From NCBI GenBank assembly GCA_963836185.1, contig CAWIIQ010000001.1, forward strand, positions 2,250,874 through 2,314,873: a stretch of DNA of 64,000 nt, written 5' to 3'. Both the position numbers and the translations under genes were made by a program. This stretch comes from Candidatus Krumholzibacteriia bacterium (GTDB taxonomy: Bacteria; Krumholzibacteriota; Krumholzibacteriia; Krumholzibacteriales; Krumholzibacteriaceae). Below, in pieces: positions 32,832 through 41,952 of the stretch. Under the pieces are notes generated by a model. The model had not been told where the DNA came from. It worked only from the letters and a program-made list of their open reading frames with translations, and did no database searches. How positions within the stretch are numbered: the first letter of the stretch is position 1; each line of letters begins with the position of its first letter.

Positions 32832-34709
32832 TCAATGTGGGATGCTGTATGATACCACCGAGCCGCTGGAGAAGGTAGGGATAATCACCCTCTTCCTCTT
32901 CCTGTCGTACCCGAAGTTGGCGATATTGGCTCCGGGTGATGTAGTATCGAGTATCCTCAAGACCTCTCCGCCTGGAGAGATCCGGTACATCCTGCCTTCC
33001 CAGTGCGAGACAAGCAGCCCGCCGGAACCGTCAGATTCGATTCCATCGATGATGCCGGGGCCCAGCAGCGGCAAAGGTCTTCATAGAGCCGTCAGCTATA
33101 TCGACAGCCCTGACGGTCCCGTCTCCATTACTGCCGATAAAGAGGGTGCCGCCTTCAGCGTGGAGACCGTTCGGCTGGGCGATCTGCCCCGCGGGGATGA
33201 ATGCCTCGAAAGACTCCTTCCGAGAAACTGTAGACTATCCCCAGGCGCGAATCAGATACGAATACCGCTTCCCCGGCTACGGCGATATCGTTGAGAAAAC
33301 CTGCCGTGAGAAGGGGATGCCGCGCTGTCACCTCGCCTGTCGCCGTGTCTATCTCTACGAGGGCCTTGCGCTCGACAGCGAGTAGTGTGTTTCCCTTCAA
33401 GGCCATTCCAGTCGGGTTCGACAGGCCCTTCGCCCAGTCCGATATCGACTATCTTTCCTTCAGGAGTAAGTTTCGAGATCGACTGTCTCCCCGCACCGGG
33501 AGCGAAATCGAATCGGTCGAAGTTAGATACGTATATCATGTCCAGTCCTGGATCGTAGAGCGCTGTCTCCGGTATCCTGAAGTCCCCGTCGGCCTCCCAT
33601 TCCTTTCTATGCCCTCGCCTGTGTATATCGCCTTCCCGTCCTGACCCATGAATCCCCAGCCGCCGAATCCCTCTGCGACCATCATGAGGAGCTCGTTCTC
33701 ACCCTTCTCGAGAGGGAGATAGAGCGCATCGAAGAAACCGGCGATACCGAGAAAAGAGGGATCACGGTACCTGTAGGAAGAGTTGGCGGCAAAAAGCAGC
33801 TGCCCGTTGAGAAAGACAGCAGCAGCGTCACTGTACCCGAACTTCAGTTCCATCGTCTCATCGCCTTCTGACTCGATGACGGTTTTCGCTATCGCTACAT
33901 CAGGTTCCCTTCCCGAACGCCCGAAGTATTTCGCTATATCTACAAGTCCGCTTGCCGCGCACTCGGCGTCGAGCCAGACGACCTCTCCGATATCCTGCTC
34001 CCCGGGATGTTTCTCCAGGTCGACATCACTCAATCTGTATGGTCCCGCCAGCTTCCACTTCTCTATCACGCCGGGGGGCGGAAAGCTCGCCGGGGGCGAT
34101 TCGAAGACGAGGCTGTCGTCAGCCCTCCAGCTGAAATTTGAGAAGTAGGCCGATCCGTCCCGGGGACCGTTCAACCCGATCGTCCCCCTGCTGATACCAT
34201 GGACGAGCTCATCGACCTCGAGCACCGGGGTTTCCATGTCGCCGAGAAATACCCTCGCCTGTGTGCCGCTGCACCTCTATGCGCAGGTGGACCCACTCGC
34301 CCGAAGGAATCTCACCGGTAGTGGTGAATCCGGCACCGTTGTATAGCTGCCAGCCGGCGATCCCGTTTATCACAGGCGTATACTGGTGCACATCGGGGTA
34401 CTGTCCGCATGTCCTGTGGGGCCTCATGTAATAACGCTCGTAATCCCGGGGCGACTGGATCCTGAAATTTATTCCAGGGTAGGACCGCCTCCCGTCGACG
34501 GCTACATCGACATCGATCACGCCGTTCTCGAATTCCACTCCCTTCAGGAATGCGGTACCGACTAGGCATTCCCTTCCGAGGTGCTCTACCACTGTCGCAC
34601 CCTGCAGTTCCCAGATCTCCGGATCGAATCCGGCCGCACTGGCGGAAACGGCCGCGAAAAGAGATAATACGAGGGTAAGGCCGAATGACGATACCAGGAT
34701 CCTTCTCAT
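32832..34709 (-). CDS. Exported multidomain protein: concanavalin-like domain plus SMP-30/gluconolactonase-like propeller (frameshifted)
   Basis: Signal peptide; FENGVIDVDV...EWVHLRIEV; IYVSN...ISKL, FLNDIAV, IDGIESDG. Confidence 0.6.
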
Positions 34710-34802
34710 CCTGTCCTCCTGTCGGAATAAACTGTCATATAATTAGTTACCATGTTATTAAATACGCCTCCACCTCACGATTGTTCCAGAATAATCGCCT
34801 TC

Positions 34803-34831
34803 TTGACGGGTATATCGATTTACGCTATATT
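34803..34831 (+). promoter_or_regulatory. sigma70 promoter of the radical SAM gene (very short leader)
   Basis: TTGACG-17 nt-TATATT, 11 nt before the ATG. Confidence 0.65.
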
Positions 34832-34842
34832 CCACTCCTGTC

Positions 34843-35835
34843 ATGGAAAAAGTAGGACGCATAAATGCCATAAGGCTTTATCTGCGGGGGAATCTCAATT
34901 TCCTCCTGGGCAGGCCTCTTGTCGTCTCGTTCGAGGTGACCTCGTCGTGCAACGCCGACTGCAGGCACTGCGACAAGGGCGGGATCATCAAGGATGAGAA
35001 GCACCTCTCTCCCGATGAGATCGGCGCCATATACCGGAAGCTCAAGCCGGTCGCAGTGCAGCTCTCCGGGGGCGAGCCCCTCCTCAGAAAAGACATCATC
35101 GAGATAGTGCGGGCGATCAAGGAGAAGGGCGGAGCCCCCTACCTGATCCTCGTCTCCAACGGCCGGCTCCTGACAAAGGAGAAGTACCTCGCCCTCAAGG
35201 AGGCGGGCGTCGACCAGATCTCGATCTCCCTCGACTATCCGGACGAGAGGCACGACGAGTTCAGGAAGATACCGGGGCTCTTCAACTATCTCGAGCAGAT
35301 AGTCCCTCAGCTTACAGCCGAGGGGAACAACGACATCGCGATCAATACGGCGATATCGAGAGAAAACATGACCTCCCTGAGGATGATCTGCGACAGGGCG
35401 GAGGAATGGGGAGCGCAGATATCGTACAGCGCCTACTCCTCGCTCAGAACCGGGGACACATCTCTCTCGATCAGCAGCGAAGAGGACCTGCGGACACTCA
35501 GGGCGGCCATCGATGAGCTGCAGGAGATGAAGAGGGCGGGGCGCAGGATCAGAAATACACCCGCGATCCTCGAGAACACGTACGGGTTCTTCCGCGACGG
35601 CGGGGTCCCGGGGTGCAAGGCGGGATACAGGTTCCTCCTCGTGACGCCGGAAGGTTATCACAGGCCCTGCGCGCACAAGCGCCTGAAGTACGGGTCCCAG
35701 AAGGAGCTGATCGAGAACTTCTCGAGGAACAATAATTGCGGCGGATGCTACGTGGCGATAAGGAGCTACTGCGACAAGTCGTACTTCGACCTCACCAAAG
35801 AGCAGATCATCGCGCGCCTGATGCACCAGACGTAG
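34843..35835 (+). CDS. Radical SAM enzyme with SPASM/twitch-like C-terminus
   Basis: CNADCRHC, SGGEPLL, SNG, ISLD; C-terminal CKAG...PC...CGGC. Confidence 0.9.
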   Translation: MEKVGRINAIRLYLRGNLNFLLGRPLVVSFEVTSSCNADCRHCDKGGIIKDEKHLSPDEIGAIYRKLKPVAVQLSGGEPLLRKDIIEIVRAIKEKGGAPYLILVSNGRLLTKEKYLALKEAGVDQISISLDYPDERHDEFRKIPGLFNYLEQIVPQLTAEGNNDIAINTAISRENMTSLRMICDRAEEWGAQISYSAYSSLRTGDTSLSISSEEDLRTLRAAIDELQEMKRAGRRIRNTPAILENTYGFFRDGGVPGCKAGYRFLLVTPEGYHRPCAHKRLKYGSQKELIENFSRNNNCGGCYVAIRSYCDKSYFDLTKEQIIARLMHQT

Positions 35836-35861
35836 GGCGCGTTCTTATGAAAGAGATCAAC

Positions 35862-35891
35862 AAAAAAAGGGCGGCCTCCTGGCCGCCCTTT
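35862..35891. terminator. Probably bidirectional terminator between the two convergent radical SAM genes
   Basis: A7-GGGCGGCC-TCCT-GGCCGCCC-TTT. Confidence 0.8.
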
Positions 35892-35916
35892 CCATTATCG
35901 GTCTCTGTCACCTCTG

Positions 35917-37672
35917 TCAGGCATCCGCCCCTCTTTTACGGGCCTTCCATTCATCCATCGAGATCGAGTACTTCTTCTCGATCCTCTCACGGTGGACCGG
36001 CCCGGAGTTGTAGGCGCAGAACGGGTAGAGGCCCTCTGGCGTCGAGTAATGGATCACGCAGCGCTTGACCCTCTCCACGTCGTAGTTGTACCTGTCCTGG
36101 AAGTGCATCGCCGCCGCCATAAGGGTGCGGTATGTCGTCTCCCCGGTCTTCCCCCTGCCCGTGCCCTTGTCGGTAAGCCCTTTGAGGGTATGCATGAACA
36201 TCTTGACGTCCATCCCCGCGGGAGCTTTTTTCGGGTCGAAGTATTTGCGGAAAAGACCCGGGACCCTGAGCTTGTAGAAGAAGGAGAAGCGTGAACTCTC
36301 TATCTTTTCGGCCAGTTCCTCCATCTCGGTGAAGAGCCCCTCGACATCGAAGAACCTCGTTATCGGCACGGCGTTGTGATCCTTGTCGACGACAAAATAT
36401 GTCCCTGCCGAGCAGCAGGGATGAGAGGTAGCTGTGATCTTGGGATCGCCTGTCACCGCTGCCAGCAGCCTCGAAATAGGCGAGACCATCGAAAGGGGAT
36501 AGAAATCCCTGCCGACCTCCGTCAGGCCCGTCCTGGAGATCTCCTCGGCCAGGTCGCCCATCGTGTAGCGCTGGCTCTCCCTCTCCTCTGTCGATATCCT
36601 GCCGGTAAAGGCGACCGGCTGGTAGGCGATCGCCGAGACGACATGGATATTGTCGATGGCGAACTGCAGGATCTTCGGCACCTGGTCGTCGTTGATCCCT
36701 TTGACGATCGTCGGGACGAGACAGGCCTTCATACCGGCCTTGTGGATGTTCTCGAGCGCCTTGCGCTTGATGTCCATCAGCTTCCTGCCCCTGGTGAACT
36801 CGTAGACCTCGTCATCTACCCCGTCGAACTGCAGGTAGACGGTATGCAGTCCCGCTTCAGCGCATTTCTCGGCGAATCCGGGCTCCGCGAGGGTTATCCC
36901 GTTGCTCGCTATCTGGATATGGCTGAATCCCATATCCCTCGCTGTGCTTATGATCCGCAGAAATTCGGGATGGATCGTCGGTTCGCCGCCGGAGAACTGT
37001 ACAGCCGAAGCCGGTGTCGGCTTGTAGTCGCGCAGCGTCCTGAGCAATTGTACGATCTCATCGAAGCCGGGCTCATATATATAACCGGCGACGCTTGAGT
37101 TGGCGAAGCATATCGGGCAGGCGAGGTTGCACCTGTTCGTAAGGTCGACCTGGCCGAGAAGGGTATGGCTCTGGTGCATGTTGCAGATCCCGCAGTCAGC
37201 CGGGCAGTCTACCGCATCGGTGACGACCGGGTTCTCGAGCCCTCTTCCCTCCTTGAAGGACCACTCCTGCATCTTGAGGTAAAGAGCGGTGTTTGTCATG
37301 ACCCTGTCCCTGCAGTATCCGTGATCGGGGCATGTCTTTTCCATGTAGACATTACCGCGCCAGTCGTAGACCCGGCCGATCACCTTCCGGCCGCATTCGG
37401 GGCAGAGAGTCTCCACCGACTTGGGAAGAAGGCGTACAACCGGATTTATCCGGGACCCGGTATATGTCTGGATAGCATCTTCTGCCTCTACGAAGAGCCT
37501 GTCGTTCAGCTTCTCTTCCATGCGGCCGTGCTCGGGACAGTTCTTCTCGATGAAAGACCTCCCCGCTCTTCCAGACCATCATGCCTGGAACGACACGCTC
37601 ACACTCGAGACACTGGGTCTCGACATTAAGAGGCAGTCCGGCCTTGACCGGATCGAACTTCACTCCGGCCAT
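35917..37672 (-). CDS. Tetraether lipid synthase (Tes/GDGT-MAS)-like radical SAM enzyme (frameshift near 37554)
   Basis: LCPEC...KTCPDH, CPADCGICNMH, LTNRCNLACPICFAN, FSGGEPT, YLQFDG, HPCC, MHFQD..NYDVERVKRCVIHY..PFCAYN. Confidence 0.88.
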
Positions 37673-37847
37673 GAAGACCTTTCTTTCTACTTCTGCAGCT
37701 GACGGAGTAGCTCCGGTCTTCTGCGCGATTGTCGGGCGCAAATGTAGTCTCCGGAGGATTCATCATCAATTCCTTCCGATACCGGCCTCGAGGCGATGTC
37801 ACATACTAGTCTTGTTTCTGAAGCAAGAATTTCCGTTTAACCAGAGA

Positions 37848-37876
37848 ATGGTATTGAACGGCCGGGTGAAAGTCAA
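37848..37876 (-). promoter_or_regulatory. Possible sigma70 promoter for the Tes-like gene
   Basis: TTGACT-17 nt-TACCAT. Confidence 0.5.
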
Positions 37877-37903
37877 TATCAAAGAGAGATTTTTCCGGCG
37901 GGC

Positions 37904-38555
37904 TCAATACTCGATCAGCTCGTACCCGTCAGGCACGTAAAGCTCGAATTCGTCAGGGCCGACAGGCACTCCGGACTCCATTGAGCTCGAACTCGAAGAT
38001 GAGCAGATCCCCTGAATGCTCGCGAAAGACCACGAGCCTGGGAAGGAAATCGCCGGGGTCAAGCCCCAGCTCTATCATGGAGAAATACGGGGATATCTCA
38101 TCGGATGTCGGTACCATCTCGAGAATGATCAGGCCGTTCTCCTCCCCTTTCAGCGATATATCGAAATCCTCTTTCATGCCTGTCCCGCACGAGCCGAATC
38201 CGACTATCGACATGACCCTGTCAGTGCTCGAGCCTCCCAGCCTTACCTTCTGGATCTGCCTGATATGGGGCAGCACGGTCCAGGCGACATCCCCGTTTAC
38301 CACCGTACTCGTACTGTCGGGCGAGGTGAAGCGCCAGCTCAGCATGCCTGGCCGGAGAAATGTGAAATCACCGGATGATTCTTCCTTCTCGTCGAAGAGG
38401 GTAAAGACCTTGGTCTGCGTAAACCCTGCCCTCAGGGAAACGAGCGATTCCCTCGCCGCGCAGTGCGCGTCGAGCACATCGTCGAGCTGGAGTCCCTGCC
38501 CACGGGCTGGAGAAAAGAGAAGAAGAAAAACTGCCAGGAATATCGATACCTTCAT
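37904..38555 (-). CDS. LolA-like periplasmic carrier protein (C-terminal frameshift)
   Basis: Signal peptide; SLRAGFTQ...SSGDFTFLRPGMLSWRF..P; shifted tail DEFELYVPDGYELIEY. Confidence 0.8.
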
Positions 38556-38556
38556 A

Positions 38557-39222
38557 TCATTCCCCTCCCGAACGGCGCTTCTCTATGAGTTTCGAGATCC
38601 CTTTGATCGCGCCTATCAGGACTGTCGCTAGAAAGACGTAGAATATCGCCTTGTTAGAGAGCTTCAGCTCGTATCCGAGCCAGGCGAGCAGAAGGTAGCG
38701 GGGGAACCGGCCGGCAAAGGTGGCCAGCGTGTACTTCACCCTCGAGTACCCGGTGGATACGGCCAGTATCCGCACTATATCTATCGGGATCGGCACGAAC
38801 GAAGCAATCGTCAGTGTCAGGAAAGGAGCCCTCTCGAACCACTTCACCGCGCTGAGATAGAACCCCCTCTTCTTAACCTTCCCGATGCGGTCAAGGCCGA
38901 AGAGATAGTTGAGTATATAGTAGTCGTGAAGGTTGGCCATGCAGGTCCCCGCGGCGGCAATCAGCGCGACGCTCAGAGGATCGGTCTCCCGCGCCGCCCA
39001 GAGAATGATCCACGCGGTAGGCAGGGGCAGAAAGGTGCACGCCACACTGGTGTAGAGCAGAAGCAGCAGCATTATCTCGAACGGGGCAAACGAGTCGACT
39101 TCGCGGCTCAGCAGGTAGAGTGCCCCCGCCGCGACGAGGAATACGGCGAAAGAAGCGATCCATCTCTTCGCCGAGATATCACGCGTTTCCCGGATCACGG
39201 CCGCGTCGGGACATTCGCTCAT
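38557..39222 (-). CDS. VTT/DedA (SNARE-associated) family membrane protein
   Basis: FLPLPT...AAAGTC...VPIPIDIVR...GRFPRY. Confidence 0.8.
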   Translation of the reverse strand: MSECPDAAVIRETRDISAKRWIASFAVFLVAAGALYLLSREVDSFAPFEIMLLLLLYTSVACTFLPLPTAWIILWAARETDPLSVALIAAAGTCMANLHDYYILNYLFGLDRIGKVKKRGFYLSAVKWFERAPFLTLTIASFVPIPIDIVRILAVSTGYSRVKYTLATFAGRFPRYLLLAWLGYELKLSNKAIFYVFLATVLIGAIKGISKLIEKRRSGGE

Positions 39223-39899
39223 GCCCCCGCTCCTTCTCCGTCTACAGTCATTCCATCCTTCATCTCGATTATCCTGTCGGTCATCGAGGCGAGCGTCCGG
39301 TCATGTGTGATCATGAGTATCGTGTGCCCGTGATCGGAGCTCATCGCCCTGAACAGGTCCATGATGTTGAGCGAGTTCTCGGAGTCGAGATTTCCGGTAG
39401 GCTCATCGGCGAGCAGTATCTTCGGCTCCTTGATAAGGGCGCGTGCGACGGCCACTCTCTGCTGCTCTCCCTGGGAGAGATCGAGCGGCCTCATGTCCAT
39501 CTTGTGCTCCAGCCCGACACGCTCGAGCATCGCACTGATACGGCTTTCGGCGCCGCCGAGCCTCCCCTGGATCCTGCACGCGATCCTGAGGTTATCGTAT
39601 ACGCTGAGCGCGCCGATCAGGTTGAACTTCTGGAAGACGAACCCGATATTTTCGCGCCTGAACGCCGTGAGCTGTGAATCGCTCGCTCCCGTGATATCAA
39701 AACCATCGATCTCGGCACTTCCCGATGTGGCCTTCAGAAGGCCGCCGAGAAGGTAGAGCAGGGTCGACTTTCCGCACCCCGACGGACCGGCCACCGCGGT
39801 GAATCCGCCCTCATCGATCTCGAAGTCGACGCCCCTGAGGGCATGCACGACTACCCTTCCCGTCCTGTAATCCTTATTGAGATCTTTTACCCTTATCAT
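39219..39899 (-). CDS. ABC transporter ATP-binding protein (LolD/MacB-like)
   Basis: GPSGCGKST, IGFVFQKFNL, LSQGEQQRV, LADEPTGNLD. Confidence 0.93.
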   Translation of the reverse strand: MIRVKDLNKDYRTGRVVVHALRGVDFEIDEGGFTAVAGPSGCGKSTLLYLLGGLLKATSGSAEIDGFDITGASDSQLTAFRRENIGFVFQKFNLIGALSVYDNLRIACRIQGRLGGAESRISAMLERVGLEHKMDMRPLDLSQGEQQRVAVARALIKEPKILLADEPTGNLDSENSLNIMDLFRAMSSDHGHTILMITHDRTLASMTDRIIEMKDGMTVDGEGAGA

Positions 39900-39904
39900 A
39901 TTCC

Positions 39905-40999
39905 TTACTCGTAACTCAGTGCCTCGACCGCGTCGTGCCTGACTGCTATATACGCCGGATATAGAGCGCCGATGACTCCCCCGGCTATCCCGAGAAGGCT
40001 CCCGGTGACCATCCAGTATGCAGTGACCTCGATCGTCAGAAGCGGGTATACCATACCAAGGTACTTCACTGCCGCGAATGTCAGGATAAAACCGACTACG
40101 ACGCCGCAGACGGTCAGGATGACCGATTCGAGGAGGATGTTTCCCATTATGAAGGCCCTCGACGCGCCGAGTGACTTGAGGATGCCTATCTCCTTCGTAC
40201 GCTCCATTATAGTCGTATACATCGCCAGCAGGATGACCAGCAGGCTCACTATCAGGGTCGTCGCGGTGATCGCTCCGATGAATTCCTTCAGCCCGCTCAT
40301 CGAGTCAGCCATCTCGTCGGCGAAATTCTCGAGAAGCTGGCACTTCACACCCTTGATCTCCGATTCGATCCTTTGAGCAGTCGGCTTCACCGCTTCGGGC
40401 GAGTCGCACCTGACGAAGAACAGGGAGACCCTGTCCTCCTGATGAAGCATTGACTGGAGCTCGCTCTTGAGCATGAATATCCTCGCTCCGATCCCTTCCT
40501 TCGATATACCGACGATACCGAAGGAGGTTCCGAGCATCTCGATGTTGTCTCCGATGACCAGCCCTGTCGCGGCGGCCATCCTCGAGTCGATCACGATCTC
40601 TCCGTCGGCGGAAAGCTGCCTCCCCTCGACGATCTTCAGCTCGCCGCCTATCGTCGAGAACTGGGCAGGATCGATCCCGTAGACGACATAGAACTGGTTC
40701 CTGAATGTCGTCGTCCATGTGACGACCGGAGATACGGCGCTCACTCCTTCGACTTCCGATATCAGTTTTCCGTATTTCTCGGGGATTATGCCGCTCTTGA
40801 GGGCAAAGAAGTTAGTGGCGCCTGCCTGCTGGACGATCATGTCGCCCCCGACGTTCTGTATCCGTGACGCGACCTCGTTGATAGAGCCCCGAGTCATCCC
40901 CACGAGGACGAGCAGCAGGGTCACGCCGATGGCAACGGCCAGGATGCTGATCATGCTCCTGACCTTTCTCTGAAGTATATTGGCTAACGCGAGTGTCAC
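39905..40999 (-). CDS. ABC permease, FtsX/LolC-E/MacB family
   Basis: One TM helix, a periplasmic domain, then three TM helices; ERTKEIGILKSLGAS; EALSYE. Confidence 0.9.
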   Translation of the reverse strand: MTLALANILQRKVRSMISILAVAIGVTLLLVLVGMTRGSINEVASRIQNVGGDMIVQQAGATNFFALKSGIIPEKYGKLISEVEGVSAVSPVVTWTTTFRNQFYVVYGIDPAQFSTIGGELKIVEGRQLSADGEIVIDSRMAAATGLVIGDNIEMLGTSFGIVGISKEGIGARIFMLKSELQSMLHQEDRVSLFFVRCDSPEAVKPTAQRIESEIKGVKCQLLENFADEMADSMSGLKEFIGAITATTLIVSLLVILLAMYTTIMERTKEIGILKSLGASRAFIMGNILLESVILTVCGVVVGFILTFAAVKYLGMVYPLLTIEVTAYWMVTGSLLGIAGGVIGALYPAYIAVRHDAVEALSYE

Positions 41000-41883
41000 T
41001 CTTCATCGTCCTGGTCGAGCCTGATGACCTTCGTGCCGAGGGGCGCCTCGAACCTGAACGCCTCCGGCGGTATACCGGTCGGGTTCAGTGTCAGATCCCG
41101 TATCCTTATCGAGATCTCCCTGCCCGAATCGGGTTTGAATATCGTGATCTCCAGGGGATAATGCAAGCCGTCTGAAAGCGTATGCTTCGACCTGCGCAAC
41201 TCGAGGTCCTCCCCGCCAGCCGGATTGTAGTATTTTTCCATGACGACCGCGAACATCTTTTTTTCTATCCACAGCCTCCGCAGCAGGCTGCCGTCACGCG
41301 TCAGTGTAAGGATATAGACTCCCGACTCCTCGCTCAACCCTGCGACATCTGCCGGATCGAAGGGCTCGACGAAGAGCGCCCTCGACAGGTCCGCCGCCTC
41401 GAGATCGACCTCGGCCGTATCGGCAGTTTCCACCCGGTCGTACGGCCCGGAATAGACGACCTTCTCGCTCGGGATGTGCAGCCAGAACCCGGTACCGTCA
41501 CTCTTCAATGTGAAGAATGAAGGAATCAAATTCTTGTATCCCTTGAGGTATATCTTCGAGCCGATGCCTTCCCATTCGGATCTGAGCGCGACAAGTTTTC
41601 CCTGGCACCCCTTTACCTTTTCACCAGGTGCGCGAAGGAAGAACATGTCGAGGTCGGCCTTTATCCCACGCACGCTGCCAGACCGTGCGTTGATTCCATC
41701 GACCAGCTCTGCCGCAGTAGCCTCGAGCTCCGGCATCATCGTCGTGTCGACGGGTTCTACGTTCGGATCTCCAGCACAGCCGCAGGTGACAATGACAGTC
41801 AGCACGAAAAGGTTCCGGGCACGCGCCAGGACACGACCTGGAACAATATTACAATTTCTGGTGATCAATATCTCCTGCTTCAT
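40996..41883 (-). CDS. Putative lipoprotein with LolA/LolB-like fold (DUF4292-like)
   Basis: Lipobox TCGC; FFTLKSDGTGFWLHIPSEK; tail FRFEAPLGTKVI resembling the LolA C-terminus. Confidence 0.6.
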   Translation of the reverse strand: MKQEILITRNCNIVPGRVLARARNLFVLTVIVTCGCAGDPNVEPVDTTMMPELEATAAELVDGINARSGSVRGIKADLDMFFLRAPGEKVKGCQGKLVALRSEWEGIGSKIYLKGYKNLIPSFFTLKSDGTGFWLHIPSEKVVYSGPYDRVETADTAEVDLEAADLSRALFVEPFDPADVAGLSEESGVYILTLTRDGSLLRRLWIEKKMFAVVMEKYYNPAGGEDLELRRSKHTLSDGLHYPLEITIFKPDSGREISIRIRDLTLNPTGIPPEAFRFEAPLGTKVIRLDQDDEE

Positions 41884-41952
41884 AAAGGCAGAGCCTTCTT
41901 AATCTTCCTGCCTTCTCAGGCGTATAGTAGGGGCAACTGTCGACATGAAGCG

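Noticed and set aside
37550-37560. Programmed frameshift in the Tes-like gene
   Set aside because: There is no slippery heptamer or stimulatory structure, and similar indels occur throughout the window.
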